Part shown: piece after piece, positions 51,190 through 64,000 of the stretch | Numbering within the stretch: the stretch's first letter is position 1 | Layout: the number at the start of each line of letters is the position of its first letter | NCBI GenBank assembly: GCA_951406725.2 | Contig: OX597832.1 | Span: 56,606,001-56,670,000, forward strand | Source of the DNA: Octopus vulgaris | Lineage: Eukaryota | Direction: 5' to 3' | Length of the DNA: 64,000 nt | Translations under genes and position numbers: made by a program | Notes under the pieces: model-generated | What the model saw: the letters and a program-made list of their open reading frames with translations, nothing else | The model's database searches: none | Told to the model about the DNA's origin: nothing

Positions 51190-51692
51190 TTGACTCCTTA
51201 GCATCTAAACCGGTCATATCCGGCTGAAATATTCTCCCTGTTTTATGTCTGACCATCATCGTTTAATGTCTGCCTTCCATTCTGGCATGGGGTGGACAGT
51301 TTGTCAAGAGCTGGCCAGGCAGGAGCCTGCACCAGACTTTTGTGTCTGTTTTGGCATGGTTTTTATGGCTGGATGCCCTTCCTAACACCAACCACCCAGC
51401 AGAGTGAACTGGGTGCTTTTTACGTGGCACAAGCACAGGTGAGGTCAGTTTTGGCATGGTTTTTACAGCTGGATGCCCTTCCAAACACCAACCACTTTAT
51501 GGTGTGGACTGGATGCTTTTTACATGGCAGTCAAAATCTGGCTTCTCACACCTACCCTACAATGTCATTCTAAAAATATACAATCACATCATTGAAATCT
51601 CAACGCTATAACATAATGCACAAGTGATTCAAAACAAATGGGAATTAATAAGTATTACATTTGACAGAATAATTTGTATGTTTAAGGGTTAA
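51190..51692 (-). mobile_element. piggyBac-like MITE, family E, split by a SINE C insertion (about 51255-51530)
   Basis: Reverse-complement homology to 1851-2073 on both sides of the SINE; ends aagggTTAA. Confidence 0.6.
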
Positions 51693-51969
51693 ACAGGAAG
51701 TTTGTATCATAAAACGAGAAGTGGTCTTGGGGTTTGGTGTCAAAAAATTTTAGGGCTCAGACAGAAGTGAGAGGTATAAATAGCCAGTTGTTTTATTTGG
51801 TTCAACTTCCTATGAGAGTGTTTTTGTCTCCTACCATGTTCTACAGAGATTGGGCTTCATAGTGCAATGACAAAATTCCATCTGCTTTTAACATGGATTT
51901 GTAGAAGAATTCAATTAGCAGAAATGTCAATTTTCACATGATGCTATGGGATTTGTTTGCTACTGTTAT

Positions 51970-52176
51970 TCCAGCCATATCCAGTCCAAATATTCTACCT
52001 GTTTTGTGTCCAAACTGTCAAGATATGGCTTCGTACACCTGCCCTACAATGTCATTCTAAAAGTATGCAATCATCATTGAAATCTCAAAGCTACAAGGTA
52101 ATGCATGAGTAATTCAAAACAAATGGGAATAAACGAGTATTAAATTTAACGAGTAAACTGAATGCTAAAGGTTTAA
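51970..52176 (-). mobile_element. piggyBac-like MITE, family E
   Basis: cctacaatgtcattctaaaa...gaatgctaaaggttTAA, matching 51540-51690. Confidence 0.6.
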
Positions 52177-52264
52177 TGCAGCCTGCTTCTTGCAAAAGGT
52201 TCCCCAAATCTAGGGTGGGGTTTAGTTTTGGCTGCAACCTAAAAAAAGTTAGTAAATTTACCTT

Positions 52265-52500
52265 CTCGAGTCATACTGACTCACAAGGACTGGTTTCCCG
52301 GTTTCCATGGCATATGAATCCCCTACCTGCATGGGATGCCGGTCTGTTGCAGGGTTCCTCATTTTTGCCAGCTGAGTGAACTGGAGATATCTGAAATGAA
52401 GTGTCTTGCTCAAGAACACAATGCATTGCCCTGTCCAGGAGTTGAAACCACAATCTTATGATCATGAGTGCAACACCCTAACCACTTAGCCACATGCCTC
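52265..52500 (-). mobile_element. SINE family D, body type 3
   Basis: Reverse-complement homology to 17884-18130. Confidence 0.78.
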
Positions 52501-53446
52501 CACTTTGCTGCAACAAGGTCTTTTGAAGCTGACATAGAACCAAATGCTTTCAGACCATGGTGTTATGTGGTTGGTGACAGTGAAGGCACCCAGCAGATGG
52601 AAAGAAAAAAACAAATCACAAACTAAGATGGTTGGTTTTTCTCCATTGCTCTGTGTGCTAGATAAAAAAAAAAAGGACTGTAAAGGGAGGGGGGGCAGGT
52701 GCTGTAAGACTCCTCTAACTCATACCAGCATGGTAAAACAGACATAAGATTATGCTGGTCATTAAAAGGCTGCAATTTGAGACAATAAAAGACCAAGAAA
52801 ATCATTGTTGGGAGTGGGTGTGGGTTCAGAATGGTTGCAAGATCTGCAAGAAATAGCAACCAAATTTCCCTTAAATCACATCTTACTGTTTTAAAATAAG
52901 AAGAGCACATTAGCTAAAGCAACTTGAAAAAAAAAAACAAAAACAAAAAAATGACAAAGACAGGGTTGCCATGGCCAGAACCCATTTTATCATCAGTCCA
53001 TCTGTTCAGGGCTGATCTGGGATTAAATGTCAACAGCAAGAGTTTAGAATGGTGTCGCTAAAGTAGGAAGAAGACTAATAGAGTTCCTTCAATTTTAGAG
53101 AATGGTAAGAGCATACATGGTGAAGTATAATCGATAATATGGTCACTGAGAAAGTGACAAGATATGTGGTTTGGTACCGGCATATATTGTTACCCACTCC
53201 CCCCCCCAATGGTTCAAGGGAATTTAAATCAGAGAATGAAGAATAGATCTAAAAATCAATGGTAAGCAACGTTTGTAAAATACAAAGAATATATCAAAAG
53301 GTTTGTGATTTGTCAAAGTTAATGGCTTCAAAGTAAATTTATATTGTATTGGAGAGGAAAAAAGGACTGCGAAAGAACTCATATATACAAATGTACAGTC
53401 ACTCGCACCATGCTTACCTATCTAGCTGTATATACATATACATACG

Positions 53447-53492
<46 letters not shown>

Positions 53493-53517
53493 GACATATA
53501 TATACATAGACATATAT

Positions 53518-53576
<59 letters not shown>

Positions 53577-53620
53577 TACATATAAACATATATGTATAAG
53601 TATGGATGTATGTGTGCATA

Positions 53621-53653
<33 letters not shown>

Positions 53654-53675
53654 TGTATTTATGTATGTATGTATA

Positions 53676-53885
53676 TACTCTTTTACTTGTTTCAGTCATT
53701 TGAATGTGGCCATGCTGGAGCACCACCTTTGGTTGAGCAAATCGACCCAGGACTTATTCTTTGTAAACCTAGTATTTATTCTATTGGACTCTTTTGCCAA
53801 ACCGCTAAGTTATGGGGATGTAAACACACTACCATCAGTTGTCAAGTGATGTTGGGGAGACAAACACAGACACACAAACATATAC

Positions 53886-53918
<33 letters not shown>

Positions 53919-54082
53919 CAATGGGCTTCTTTCAGTTTCCATCTACCAAATCCACTCACAAGGCTTTGGTCGGCCCGAGGCTATAGTAGAAGACACTTGC
54001 CTAAGGTGCCATGCAGTGGGAATGAACCCAGAACCATGTGGTTGGTAAGCAAGGTACTTACCACACAGCCACTCCTGCGCCT
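53676..54082 (-). mobile_element. SINE family A, full length
   Basis: Family A head and tail. Confidence 0.88.
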
Positions 54083-54087
54083 ATATA

Positions 54088-54189
<102 letters not shown>

Positions 54190-55075
54190 ATGTGTGCTTG
54201 CATGTGTGAGCTTATACATACTGTATACACCACACAAATGCATATATATGTCTGTGTGTGTGTACATGCTCACACATACATACAGATCTATATATATATA
54301 TGCCTGCCATCCACTTAATGTAACAACAAACACACACATGCAAACTCTATTATTATTTAAGACAGTTTGATTCGGCTCAGCTCCATGTGACTTAAAGTTT
54401 CACAGGCTTGTTACAGAAACCTAGCACATTCAGGCTCAGATCATATATATAAATCGAAGGAACTCTATTAGTCTTCCTCCTACTTTAGCGACACCATTCT
54501 GTCTTGCTGGCTTCTGTCAAACCGTTCCACCCATGCCAGCATGGAAGGTAGATAGTAAATGATGATGATGATAAGGAGGAGGATAGAGAGAACTTAATGG
54601 TCTTCCTCATATTGGATAATTTCTCTAGAGCTGGTGGTATGCTAAAAACATTCTCAGTACATTCTATAAAGAGGTTGATGATAAGGACATCCAACCGAAG
54701 AAAACATGTTAAAAATTGGGATGTATGAATGAGACACACACTCTGTAAGTGGAAGTGTAGACAGGCTGTATGTCTAAGGTGATAGTAACTTTGTATAAGA
54801 ACCAGTTTAGATTAAAAAGGATAGTCTTTAGAATTCTTCATATGAAACAACCTCTCTGGTGTTGGTGGAATGGTAAAACACATCCAGCCTCTATCAGAAT
54901 TAGCCAGTTTTCTCTGTTGCTGTCTGTGTATGATAACTTGGACCATGACTACCCATCTAACCCATGCTGACATAGAAAGAAAAAAAAAATATGGATGTGA
55001 GATGAAGACGACAAGGGTGTTGTGTTTATTGTAACTGAAGATGTTGCTTAGTGACTCAAGTTTGTCTTGTAATTG

Positions 55076-55133
55076 ATTGATTGATTCTAGTTTCAGCTCA
55101 CGAGCTGTGGCCATGCTGGGGCACTGCCATTTG
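55076..55133 (-). mobile_element. Extremely 5'-truncated (~60 bp) copy of the same CR1/L2 LINE 3' end
   Basis: Reverse complement caaatggcagtgccccagcatggccacagctcgtgagctgaaactagaatcaatcaatc matches 31707-31765. Flanked by ttgtaattg at 55067-55075 and 55131-55139 (TSD). Confidence 0.85.
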
Positions 55134-56454
55134 TAATTGGTTCTAACTACTTACAATCTGATGTAGGGAATATATTCCACACTTCAACAGCCCATCTGTC
55201 AATAGCCAGACAGCTGGTGTATCCATCCATCCAACCAGCCAGCCAGCAACCAATCTAGAACAGTAATTTGCCCTGATAGTATATCGTTAATTAATCAGAA
55301 AGGTGGAATGAAATGTTTAATAATATAAAAATAAACAATGTGTGCATTGTTTAGTAATAGACATAATGTTTAATTTGTTAAAGATATCGTTATCCAGGAC
55401 AAAAGATATAGGAGATACTTAACGAAGTGTAACGGGTGGAGGTGGTTAAGTAGTGATTGCCTTGTAAATGTATTTATGTTAATATTTAATGTTTTGAGAT
55501 GGCTGTTAGTGTATTTAGGAACAGATTTCATATCAGATGTGTTGCGGCAAAAAAAAAAAAAAATCTAAGTAGTATGAAGGAGAACAAATATGGAAGTACA
55601 AGGGATGATATGTTAGTTGTGTCAGTATATTTGTGCATTTAATATTTAATGTAGGGTGAATGCTTATGGGTTATTTTCAAGGATAATTAAATATTAATTG
55701 ACGATGTGTGTCGTATGCGACAGATTAAAGGTAACTTCCTATAGAAGAGTAACCAAGGTAAATTCATCACCACCAACACCACCACTACCAATACCACCAG
55801 TGTCGCCACCACCACTGCTGGCACCAACACCACCAGCACAACCGACAGCTACACCATCACCACCATTACCATCATCACTGACATCACCACCACCGTCACC
55901 GCCACCACCACCACCACTGTTGCCACCATCACAGCCATTACACCAACACTATCACCCCCCACCACCACCAACTATAGTATTTTATTTACTAAAATGCTAA
56001 CTGTAGTATTTTACCTGATACCAACACCACCATTGACACCAAAACCACCAACACCACCACCACTGACACCAAAACCACCACCAACAGTATCACTACCACC
56101 ACCAACACCAGCACTATCACCAACCACCACCACCACCACCACCACCACCACTGACGCCAACACTATCACCACCAACTGTAGTATTTTATCTACTAAAATG
56201 CTAACTGTAGTATTTTACCTTAGTGAATATTCGTCTTTCAGAGAGGGGTATGGGTTTTAATTCTAGTCTGGCCAGATTTCATGAGAATCAATAAATGTTT
56301 TATTGACTGATTTCTCTATTGAGACAAGTATTAGTAGCTTACCTCAGAAAGTCCAGGGTATTCAGCACTGAGGTGACTAAAATAGGTTGAAACACTGGTG
56401 TCTGTCAATCCACCAGCATTCTGAGTGAAGTCCCAATGGTTTTTTTTTTTAGCA

Positions 56455-56595
56455 CAGTGGCTTGCTTACCAACCACATGGTTCTGGGTTCAGTCCCACTG
56501 CATGACACCTTGGGCAAATGTGTTCTCCTATAGCCTTGGGCCGACCAAAGCCTTGTGAATGGATTTGGTAGATGGAAACTGAAAGAAGCCTGTTT

Positions 56596-56676
<81 letters not shown>

Positions 56677-56885
56677 ATATGTATATGTTTGTGTTTGTCC
56701 CCACCCCACCATCTCTTTGACAACCAATATTGGTGAGTTTACTTCCCTATGACTTTGTGGTTCAGCAAAAGAGACCCATAGGATAAGTACTAGCCTTACA
56801 AAAGAATAAGTCCTGGGGTCGATTTGTTCGACTAAAGGCAGTGCTCCAGCATGGCCGCAGTCAAAATGACTGAAACAAATGAAAG
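56455..56885 (+). mobile_element. SINE family A
   Basis: Family A head and tail ggcagtgctccagcatggccgcagtcaaaatgactgaaac. Confidence 0.86.
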
Positions 56886-57269
56886 AACAAAACTAACAGT
56901 AAGATGGGAAATGATGTTTATTTTTGTATTCTTCCACCTTAATCATATTTGAAAAGTTTTCTGCTTTTTTAAATTGCAAAATCTTTGATCAGATCCTCAT
57001 TATAAAACCATGAACACTTTGAAATTATATTTCTGATCATATGAACCACTTTGAATAGTATTTGACCAAATTTAAAATGATTTCTTTTGTGCCGTAGACC
57101 ATTTACTATTTCTGTGGTGTCCCAGCACCACTTCCGTTAATGTTCTAAGCACATGCTTATTTTGCTTAATGGTTTATCCAGCGCTGCATCAGTTATATGA
57201 GGGACAAAATCTTGGAATAATGAAAGGGAAAAGATTTCCATCAAGATTTAACTCAAAGAGTAAAGGTGA

Positions 57270-57880
57270 GATTTATATATGAGTGGAAATTACATATGAG
57301 TGGAACTTATACATGAGTGAAACTTATACATGAGTGAAGCTTACACAAGAGTGAAATTTATACACGAGAGAAACTTACACATAAGAGAAACTTATACCTG
57401 AGTGGATCATATACATGAGCAAAACTTACACATGAGTGGAACTGTTTCATGAGTGGAACTTATACATGAGTAAAACTTACACTAGAGAAACTTACACATG
57501 AGAGAAACTTATACATGAGTGGAACTTATACATGAGTGGAACTTATACATGAGTGGAACTTATGCATGAGTGGAACTTACACATGAGTGGAACTTATGCA
57601 TGAGTGGAACTTACACATGAGCAAAACTTACACGAGAGAAACTTACACACGAGAGAATCTTATACACGAGTGAAACTTATACATGAGCAAAACTTACACA
57701 TGAGAGAAACTTAAACATCAGTGGAACTTATACATGAGTGGAACTTATGCATGAGTGGAACTTACACATGAGCAAAACTTACACGAGAGAAACTTACACA
57801 CGAGAGAATCTTATACATGAGTGGAAACTTATACATGAGCAAAACTTAAACATGAGTGAAACTTATATGTAAATGGAACT
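57270..57880. repeat. 17-18 bp minisatellite (gagtggaacttatacat)n
   Basis: More than 30 variant copies; one further unit at 58266, beyond the SINE. Confidence 0.92.
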
Positions 57881-57894
57881 TAAGTTACAGGAGT

Positions 57895-58263
57895 TAGACT
57901 TAAAGGGTAAGGGTAAAGGGTAAAGACCCCTTTCGGTCATAAATGACCATGAAATTGCACCTAGAAGGTTCCCCTCCAAGGCACAAGTCCAGGCAAGGTT
58001 GTTTATGGAAGACCAGCAGTCACCCCTGCATACCAACCTCTCCCACCCCATGCCACTGATGTTAACCAAGGGAAAAGAAAAGGGGCTGATACAGCTTGGG
58101 ACCAGTGACATCACAACTCATTTCTACAGATGAGTCAACTGGAGCAACATGAAAAATAAAGTGTCTTGCTCAAGAACACAATACACAGCCCGATCTGGGA
58201 ACTGAACTTACTAGCTCATGATTGTAAACCTGACGTTGTAACCACTCAGCCACGCACCTTCTT
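57895..58263 (-). mobile_element. SINE family D, body type 1, with (TTTACCC)n-like tail, inserted in a minisatellite
   Basis: Reverse complement of 30060-30392. Possible TSD aggagt at 57889-57894 and 58264-58269. Confidence 0.84.
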
Positions 58264-58307
58264 AGGAGTGAAACTTGTACATGGGTACGTACAGTAAGTT
58301 ATCACCC

Positions 58308-58753
58308 TGTAGTATAATTTTCCAGTGTGCGTGTGCGGGGCTGGAACCTTCTGGAAAGGCCTAAGGAAGTTCCCTCATGCACATGCGCTAGAGACTGGGG
58401 AAGAAAATTCTATCGCGTTCCTTGTTAGTGTCGTTGACTTGAGACACGGCTATTGAAGAGAAAGTGTTAAACTGTTTAGCCTATTCTCCTGTCCCAGACG
58501 CTTGGAATTTGACCTGCTCTGTTGCTGCTGAATTTGTTGTGAGGTTTATCTTACAAGTGTTAAACTTCAGCCTTGCTATATCAAACCAAGTGGTTACCAA
58601 TATACCAACGTGCCTTCTTTGGTAAATAAGAAAATAAAGAGTCATATATTTTTCAAGGTTGCTTTCTTGTTCCTGACTGGTAGTTTCTGGAAACTAAAGA
58701 AAGGAAATTGTGTTGCACCCAAACAGTGTAAAGACACAACCAGTTCCTTTACA
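58308..58753 (+). mobile_element. Solo LTR (446 bp), probably Gypsy-type
   Basis: Starts TGTA and ends TACA. 4-bp TSD ACCC at 58304-58307 and 58754-58757. AATAAA near 58633. No internal retrotransposon sequence next to it. Confidence 0.72.
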
Positions 58754-59276
58754 ACCCTAAAGGAATAACCTGAATGTTCCCAATTAATTTGGTTTTTAGG
58801 ACAGTTACAGCATTGGATGGCTTACCAACGTACTTTAAAGAATCAGACAGAATTTAAAGAATTCTTTTTTTTTTTTCACCTTAAAATCTGAAAATTGAAC
58901 AATACACAGGAAGTAATTTAAAGAACATTGCATTTTAGGCTGGTGGGAATACAAAGTTAAAAACTCTAGATCTAATTATGAGCAAAACCTACAGACAATA
59001 AAACTGAAGAAGGGGAAGACGAGGGAGAAGGAGATGAAGAAGGAGGAGGAGGAGGAGGTGAAGATGATGATGGTGATGACGATGACGACAGTGATGACGT
59101 CAGCCATGTTGATGGCAACATACAAAAGGAAAGAGTAATGGTGAAAAGGAGAAAGATAGAAGAAAAAGATTTTAGGAGAGGAAATGGAAGCAAGAAGCCA
59201 GAAAATAAAAAATAATTGGTGATAAATATTATTTATGTGAGGGGAAAGTTTGAAAGACGACAAATGGTTGGAAGAT

Positions 59277-59280
<4 letters not shown>

Positions 59281-59357
<77 letters not shown>

Positions 59358-59470
59358 AGAGTTGTGTGGTAGAATGTGAAGAATTACAAGTATCACATGT
59401 TGACTGTAAGAAAATTGTAATAGTTGGTCTGAGACAAGGACCCAATGCAGTGTTACAGAATGACAATGCC

Positions 59471-59553
<83 letters not shown>

Positions 59554-59554
59554 G

Positions 59555-59597
<43 letters not shown>

Positions 59598-59646
59598 GAG
59601 AGAGATAGAGATAGGTAGATAGATAGATAGAGAGAGAGAGATAGAG

Positions 59647-59680
<34 letters not shown>

Positions 59681-59710
59681 ATAGATAGAGAGAGAGATAG
59701 AGATAGATAG

Positions 59711-59777
<67 letters not shown>
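59281..59777. repeat. (GA)n/(GATA)n microsatellites
   Basis: Directly visible. Confidence 0.95.
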
Positions 59778-59780
<3 letters not shown>

Positions 59781-60029
59781 GGGAATAGAATTATTTGCTG
59801 AGGCAATGAGAGTAGGAAACTGTATGTGGCTGACCGACCTACTGCTGAACATGGCAACCAAGTCTCCCTCAAATTACACCCTTACTGTTTTAAAACAAAT
59901 CAATGACTTACAAGCTAATGTAATTTTAGATGAGTGATCTTCAGCTTGGGTCCATATAACATTTTGTTGCTGAAACTGATGTAATAAATTGATTATATTT
60001 CTCCAAGACATCAATTCTTGATAATGTTT

Positions 60030-60225
60030 CATCATCATCATCATCATCATCATCATTATTATCCTCATCATTTAACGTCTGCTTTCCATGCTAGCATGGG
60101 TTGGACGATTTGACTGAGGTCTGGCGAACCAGATGGCTGCACCAGACTCCAGTCTGATCTGGCAGAGTTTCTACAGCTGGATGCCCTTCCTAACGCCAAC
60201 CACTCCAAGAGTGTAGTGGGTGCTA
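60030..60225 (-). mobile_element. SINE-like family C 3' part
   Basis: catttaacgtctgctttccatgctagcatgggttggac..ggatgcccttcctaacgccaacc. Other copies at 583-685, 7450-7625, 51255-51530 and 63210-64000. Confidence 0.8.
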
Positions 60226-60517
60226 GGATTTTTTTTTTTAAAACATTGAACAGCTACGAAGGTCCAGTAGAGTAAAAGAGGAGCCAAAGGGGTCGATAGG
60301 GGAATTATGGTTGAGAAGTGGCTGTGTAAGATGGACTGTGTCTAAATAAGACAGGGTGGTCACAAGTGGAATGCTCTTAAACAGGGAGATCTGTTCAGAG
60401 AATCAGAGTAGAAATAGGAGGAGAAGAAAGAAGGAGAAGAGGAGGAGGAGGAGAAGAAGAGGAGGAGGAGAAGAAGGAGGAGGAGAAGAAGAAGAAGAGG
60501 AAGAGGAGGAGGATAAT

Positions 60518-61028
60518 GGTTTCAAATTTTGCCACAAGTGCAGTAATTTTGGCAGGAGAGGTTGAGTCTATTGCATCAATCCCGGTGTTCAACTGGCACT
60601 TCTCTTATCGAACCCCGAAAGGATGAAAGGTTAAGTCGACCTTGGTGGAATTTGAACTCAGAACGTAGCAATAGGTGAAATACTGCTAAGCATTTTGTCC
60701 AGCGCATGAATACCGAAGGACCTAAGGTTACTGGTAGTAATCCGCTACCCTCAAAAATCCTACCAGGAATAAGACCAAACCTGAGTTTTGTTTCTATAAT
60801 AAGAATAATAACAATCTTTTTATTATAGGCACAAGGCCCCAAATTTTGGGGGAGGGGGCAAGTTGATTAGATTGATCCCAGGACACAACTGGTACTCAAT
60901 TTATCGACCCCCAAAAGGATAAAAGGCAAAGCTGACCTCGGCAGAATTTGAACTCAGAATGTAAAGACAGATGAAATACTGCTAAGCATTTCACCCGGCG
61001 TGCTAACATTTCTGCCAGCTCGCCACTT
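60518..61028 (-). mobile_element. Two SINE B copies
   Basis: ggatgaaagg..gtcgacct..gaatttgaactcagaa core twice. Confidence 0.8.
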
Positions 61029-61639
61029 TAATAATAATAATAATAATAATAATAATAGTAATAATAATAACAACATCTGCAGAATCAGGTGGTCTGCAGA
61101 ATGTAAGGAAACGAATTGGTTTGGCAGTTGGTCTTCGATGGTTAGTGTCAAAGATGGTCAGAAAGAGTCAAGAGTCAAAATGATTGACCTCACTACATCG
61201 CATCCAATTCGAGGAAGAAATATGGACCTTTTGGAAGTGAAGATGGCTGCCGATGCTCCCTTCCCCACTGAAGAATTTGGAACCATTTTCGAGGGAAAGA
61301 AAAAAACAACAAAAAAACATGTAATGAGGTTGCTATATAAGATCCCTGGGGGTGGGAGAAGATAACAAGAACTGAATTGCAAGAGACACAGTAAAGTATG
61401 TATGCATATATACATACATACACACACACACATATACATATATGTACATATATGTATATGTATATATATATGTGTGTGTGTGTGTATGTATATATATATA
61501 TTTATATATATACATATATATACATGTGTATGTATATGTATATATATGTATATAAAGCACTGAATTGCAAGTGACACAGTAAAGTATGTATATATATATA
61601 TGTGTATATATATGTGCATATATATATTTATATATATAA

Positions 61640-61670
<31 letters not shown>

Positions 61671-62679
61671 CATGTATGTATGTATGTATATATATATATA
61701 TACACACATATATGTGCATGTATATGTATATATGTAAGTGTGTGTGTGTATACACATATTCATATTCTCGAAGAAATTGGTTTTGACATCCCGAAATGGA
61801 GCTCTAATAGATCGATCTAGCAATCTAATAATGCTCAAAACCATGATAATGATTATGGCTGATGATGACAACGATGACAGTAATAATGTGGTGGTGGTGA
61901 TGGTGGAGGTGGAGAATGATGATGATGCTGATGATAAAGATAATGGTATCAGTGATACTGACGATGATAATGATGGTGATAATGGTAGCGGTGTTGGTGA
62001 AGATGATAACGATGATGATGATGATGGTGATGGTGGATTGAGTGATAATCATGATGATGATGATGATGATGATGATGTATTATTTTCCATGATACCATGA
62101 GTTAGAAAATGGAGAAATTCAATTCGTTGATGTATGAGAGTCTTATAAATGTTGACAGCGTATCAATGTGGGGTAAGATATTGGTATCAATAAATTTCTG
62201 AAGGAAACCAATTCAAAATTTTTGGAAAAAATATTTACTGTTTTTTTTATTATTATTATTGTTGTTTTGTTCGTGTTTATCCAATCAAAAAGAATTATAT
62301 AAATTACTTAAAGACATCGTATATCATCCATCCATCCATCCGGCTTTCTACCCATTCACCAAACGAATACACACACATGTATACGTATACAGACACACAT
62401 ACATAAATGTGTATAAATATACATACATAGATACATACATACATAGATACATACATACATAATATATCTAACCAGCATTCATACATACACTCATATAAAT
62501 ACATATATACACAAATATATGACTATTACAATAAATTTTACCAATTCTCTTGTAGCTCTTTATTTTCTATCCAAACATACATACATACATACATACATAC
62601 ATACGAACATTTACACTGATATATACATACATACTACAAACACACATATGCACATGTGTGCACAGATACATTCTATAAT

Positions 62680-62955
62680 TCTTTTACTTGTTTCAGTCAT
62701 TTGACTGAGTGCCATGCTGGAGCACTGCCTTTAGTCGAACAAATCGACCCCAGGACTTATTCTTTGTAAGCCTAGTACTTATTCTATTGATCTCTTTTTG
62801 CTGAACCGCTAAGTTACAGCGATGTAAACATACCAACATCGATTGTCAAAAGATGGTGGTGGTACAAACACAGACACAGAAATACATATATATATCCTTT
62901 ATTTCTACAAATATCAAGGTCTCATTCTTTTGTCGTTATACATATTCTTCTTCTT

Positions 62956-62986
<31 letters not shown>

Positions 62987-63145
62987 TTATTATTATAATT
63001 ATAATATATACATATACAATGGGCTTCTTTCAGGTTTCGTCTACCTGAGGCTATAGTAGAAGACACTTGCCCAAGGTGCCACACAGCGTAACTGAACCCG
63101 GAACCATGTGGTTGGGAAGTAAGCTACTTACCACACAACCACTTG
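62680..63145 (-). mobile_element. SINE family A with expanded internal microsatellites
   Basis: Family A head and tail. Confidence 0.82.
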
Positions 63146-63443
63146 CACACAATTATTTCGGTTTTTTTGAGGCTATACTTTACTAATTTTAACACATACA
63201 CACACTAGACTGTCTGTTTTGGTATGGTTTCTATGGCTGGATGTCTTTCCTAACACCAGCCACGTAGCAGAGTGTGCTGGGTGTCTTTTATGTGCCACTT
63301 ACATGGCTGCATTTAGATGGCACTGGCACAAGTGCTTTTTAAGTGGCACTGGCACCTGAAAGGATATATATACACTCACACACACATATATATCATCATC
63401 ATCATCATCATCATCGTTTTCCATGCTGGCATGGATTGGACCC

Positions 63444-63477
<34 letters not shown>

Positions 63478-63545
63478 ATATATATGTAATCATCATCATA
63501 ATCATCACCATCATCATCATCATCATCATCACCATCACCATCATC

Positions 63546-63577
<32 letters not shown>

Positions 63578-63610
63578 CATCATCATCGTTTAACGTCAGC
63601 TTTCCATGCT

Positions 63611-63653
<43 letters not shown>

Positions 63654-63659
63654 CAGCCT

Positions 63660-64000
63660 GTTTAAAAGTACCCTTCAATCATTGGGCAATATGCTGTGCA
63701 TGAGTAGACCATGGGAAATCATAGTTGTGGACGATGCCAGTGCTACCTGACTGGCACCTGCGCCAGTGCCACGTAAAAAGACTCATTCAAGCATGACTGA
63801 TAACAGTGCCAAATGGCATGTAAAAAGCACCATTCGAGCGTGGTTGATGCCAGTGACACCTGACTAGCCTCCATGCTGGTTGTACATAAAAAGCACCCAC
63901 TACACTCTCAGTGTGGTTGGCATTAGGTAGGGCATCCAGCTGTAGAAACTTTGCCAGATCAGATTGGAGCTGGGTGCAGCCTCCTGGCTTGCCAGTCCTC
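63660..64000 (+). mobile_element. SINE-like family C, running off the window end
   Basis: Repeated gatgccagtg..taaaaagcacc units, then ggcattaggtagggcatccagctgtagaaac. Confidence 0.75.

Noticed and set aside
57901-57925. (TAAAGGG)n resembling telomeric repeat
   Set aside because: Only three imperfect units forming the SINE D tail; not TTAGGG.

Overview
This is AT-rich, microsatellite-dense eukaryotic DNA with no prokaryotic features. The SINE and microsatellite landscape resembles an octopod cephalopod genome (inference, not verified). The only host gene I can support is on the minus strand: the last two coding exons of an LHFPL-family tetraspan membrane protein (LHFPL1/LHFPL6-like) at 35603-35701 and 15165-15343. 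They are separated by a 20.3-kb intron, and a probable long, SINE-free 3' UTR runs down to about 9.6-10 kb. The upstream coding exon was not found in the window. The rest is mobile DNA: at least four SINE-like families (A-D, my labels), 3' ends of a CR1/L2-type LINE and three different RTE LINEs, a Penelope-like GIY-YIG fragment, a solo LTR, Tc1-, piggyBac- and Helentron-type non-autonomous elements, and mini/microsatellites. Almost all ORFs in the supplied track are microsatellite or SINE translation artefacts. The most interesting signals are: (1) a Penelope fragment followed directly by a tRNA-like Pol III promoter and a minimal hammerhead ribozyme, plus several other hammerhead-like motifs in short dispersed elements; (2) a SINE and LINE sharing a 3' tail with a covarying stem-loop; (3) two locally templated insertions inside one intronic SINE, one copied from the gene's own 3' UTR; (4) SINEs with internal head-less multimers or swappable bodies. 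Repeat boundaries were read by eye and are approximate unless a TSD is quoted.
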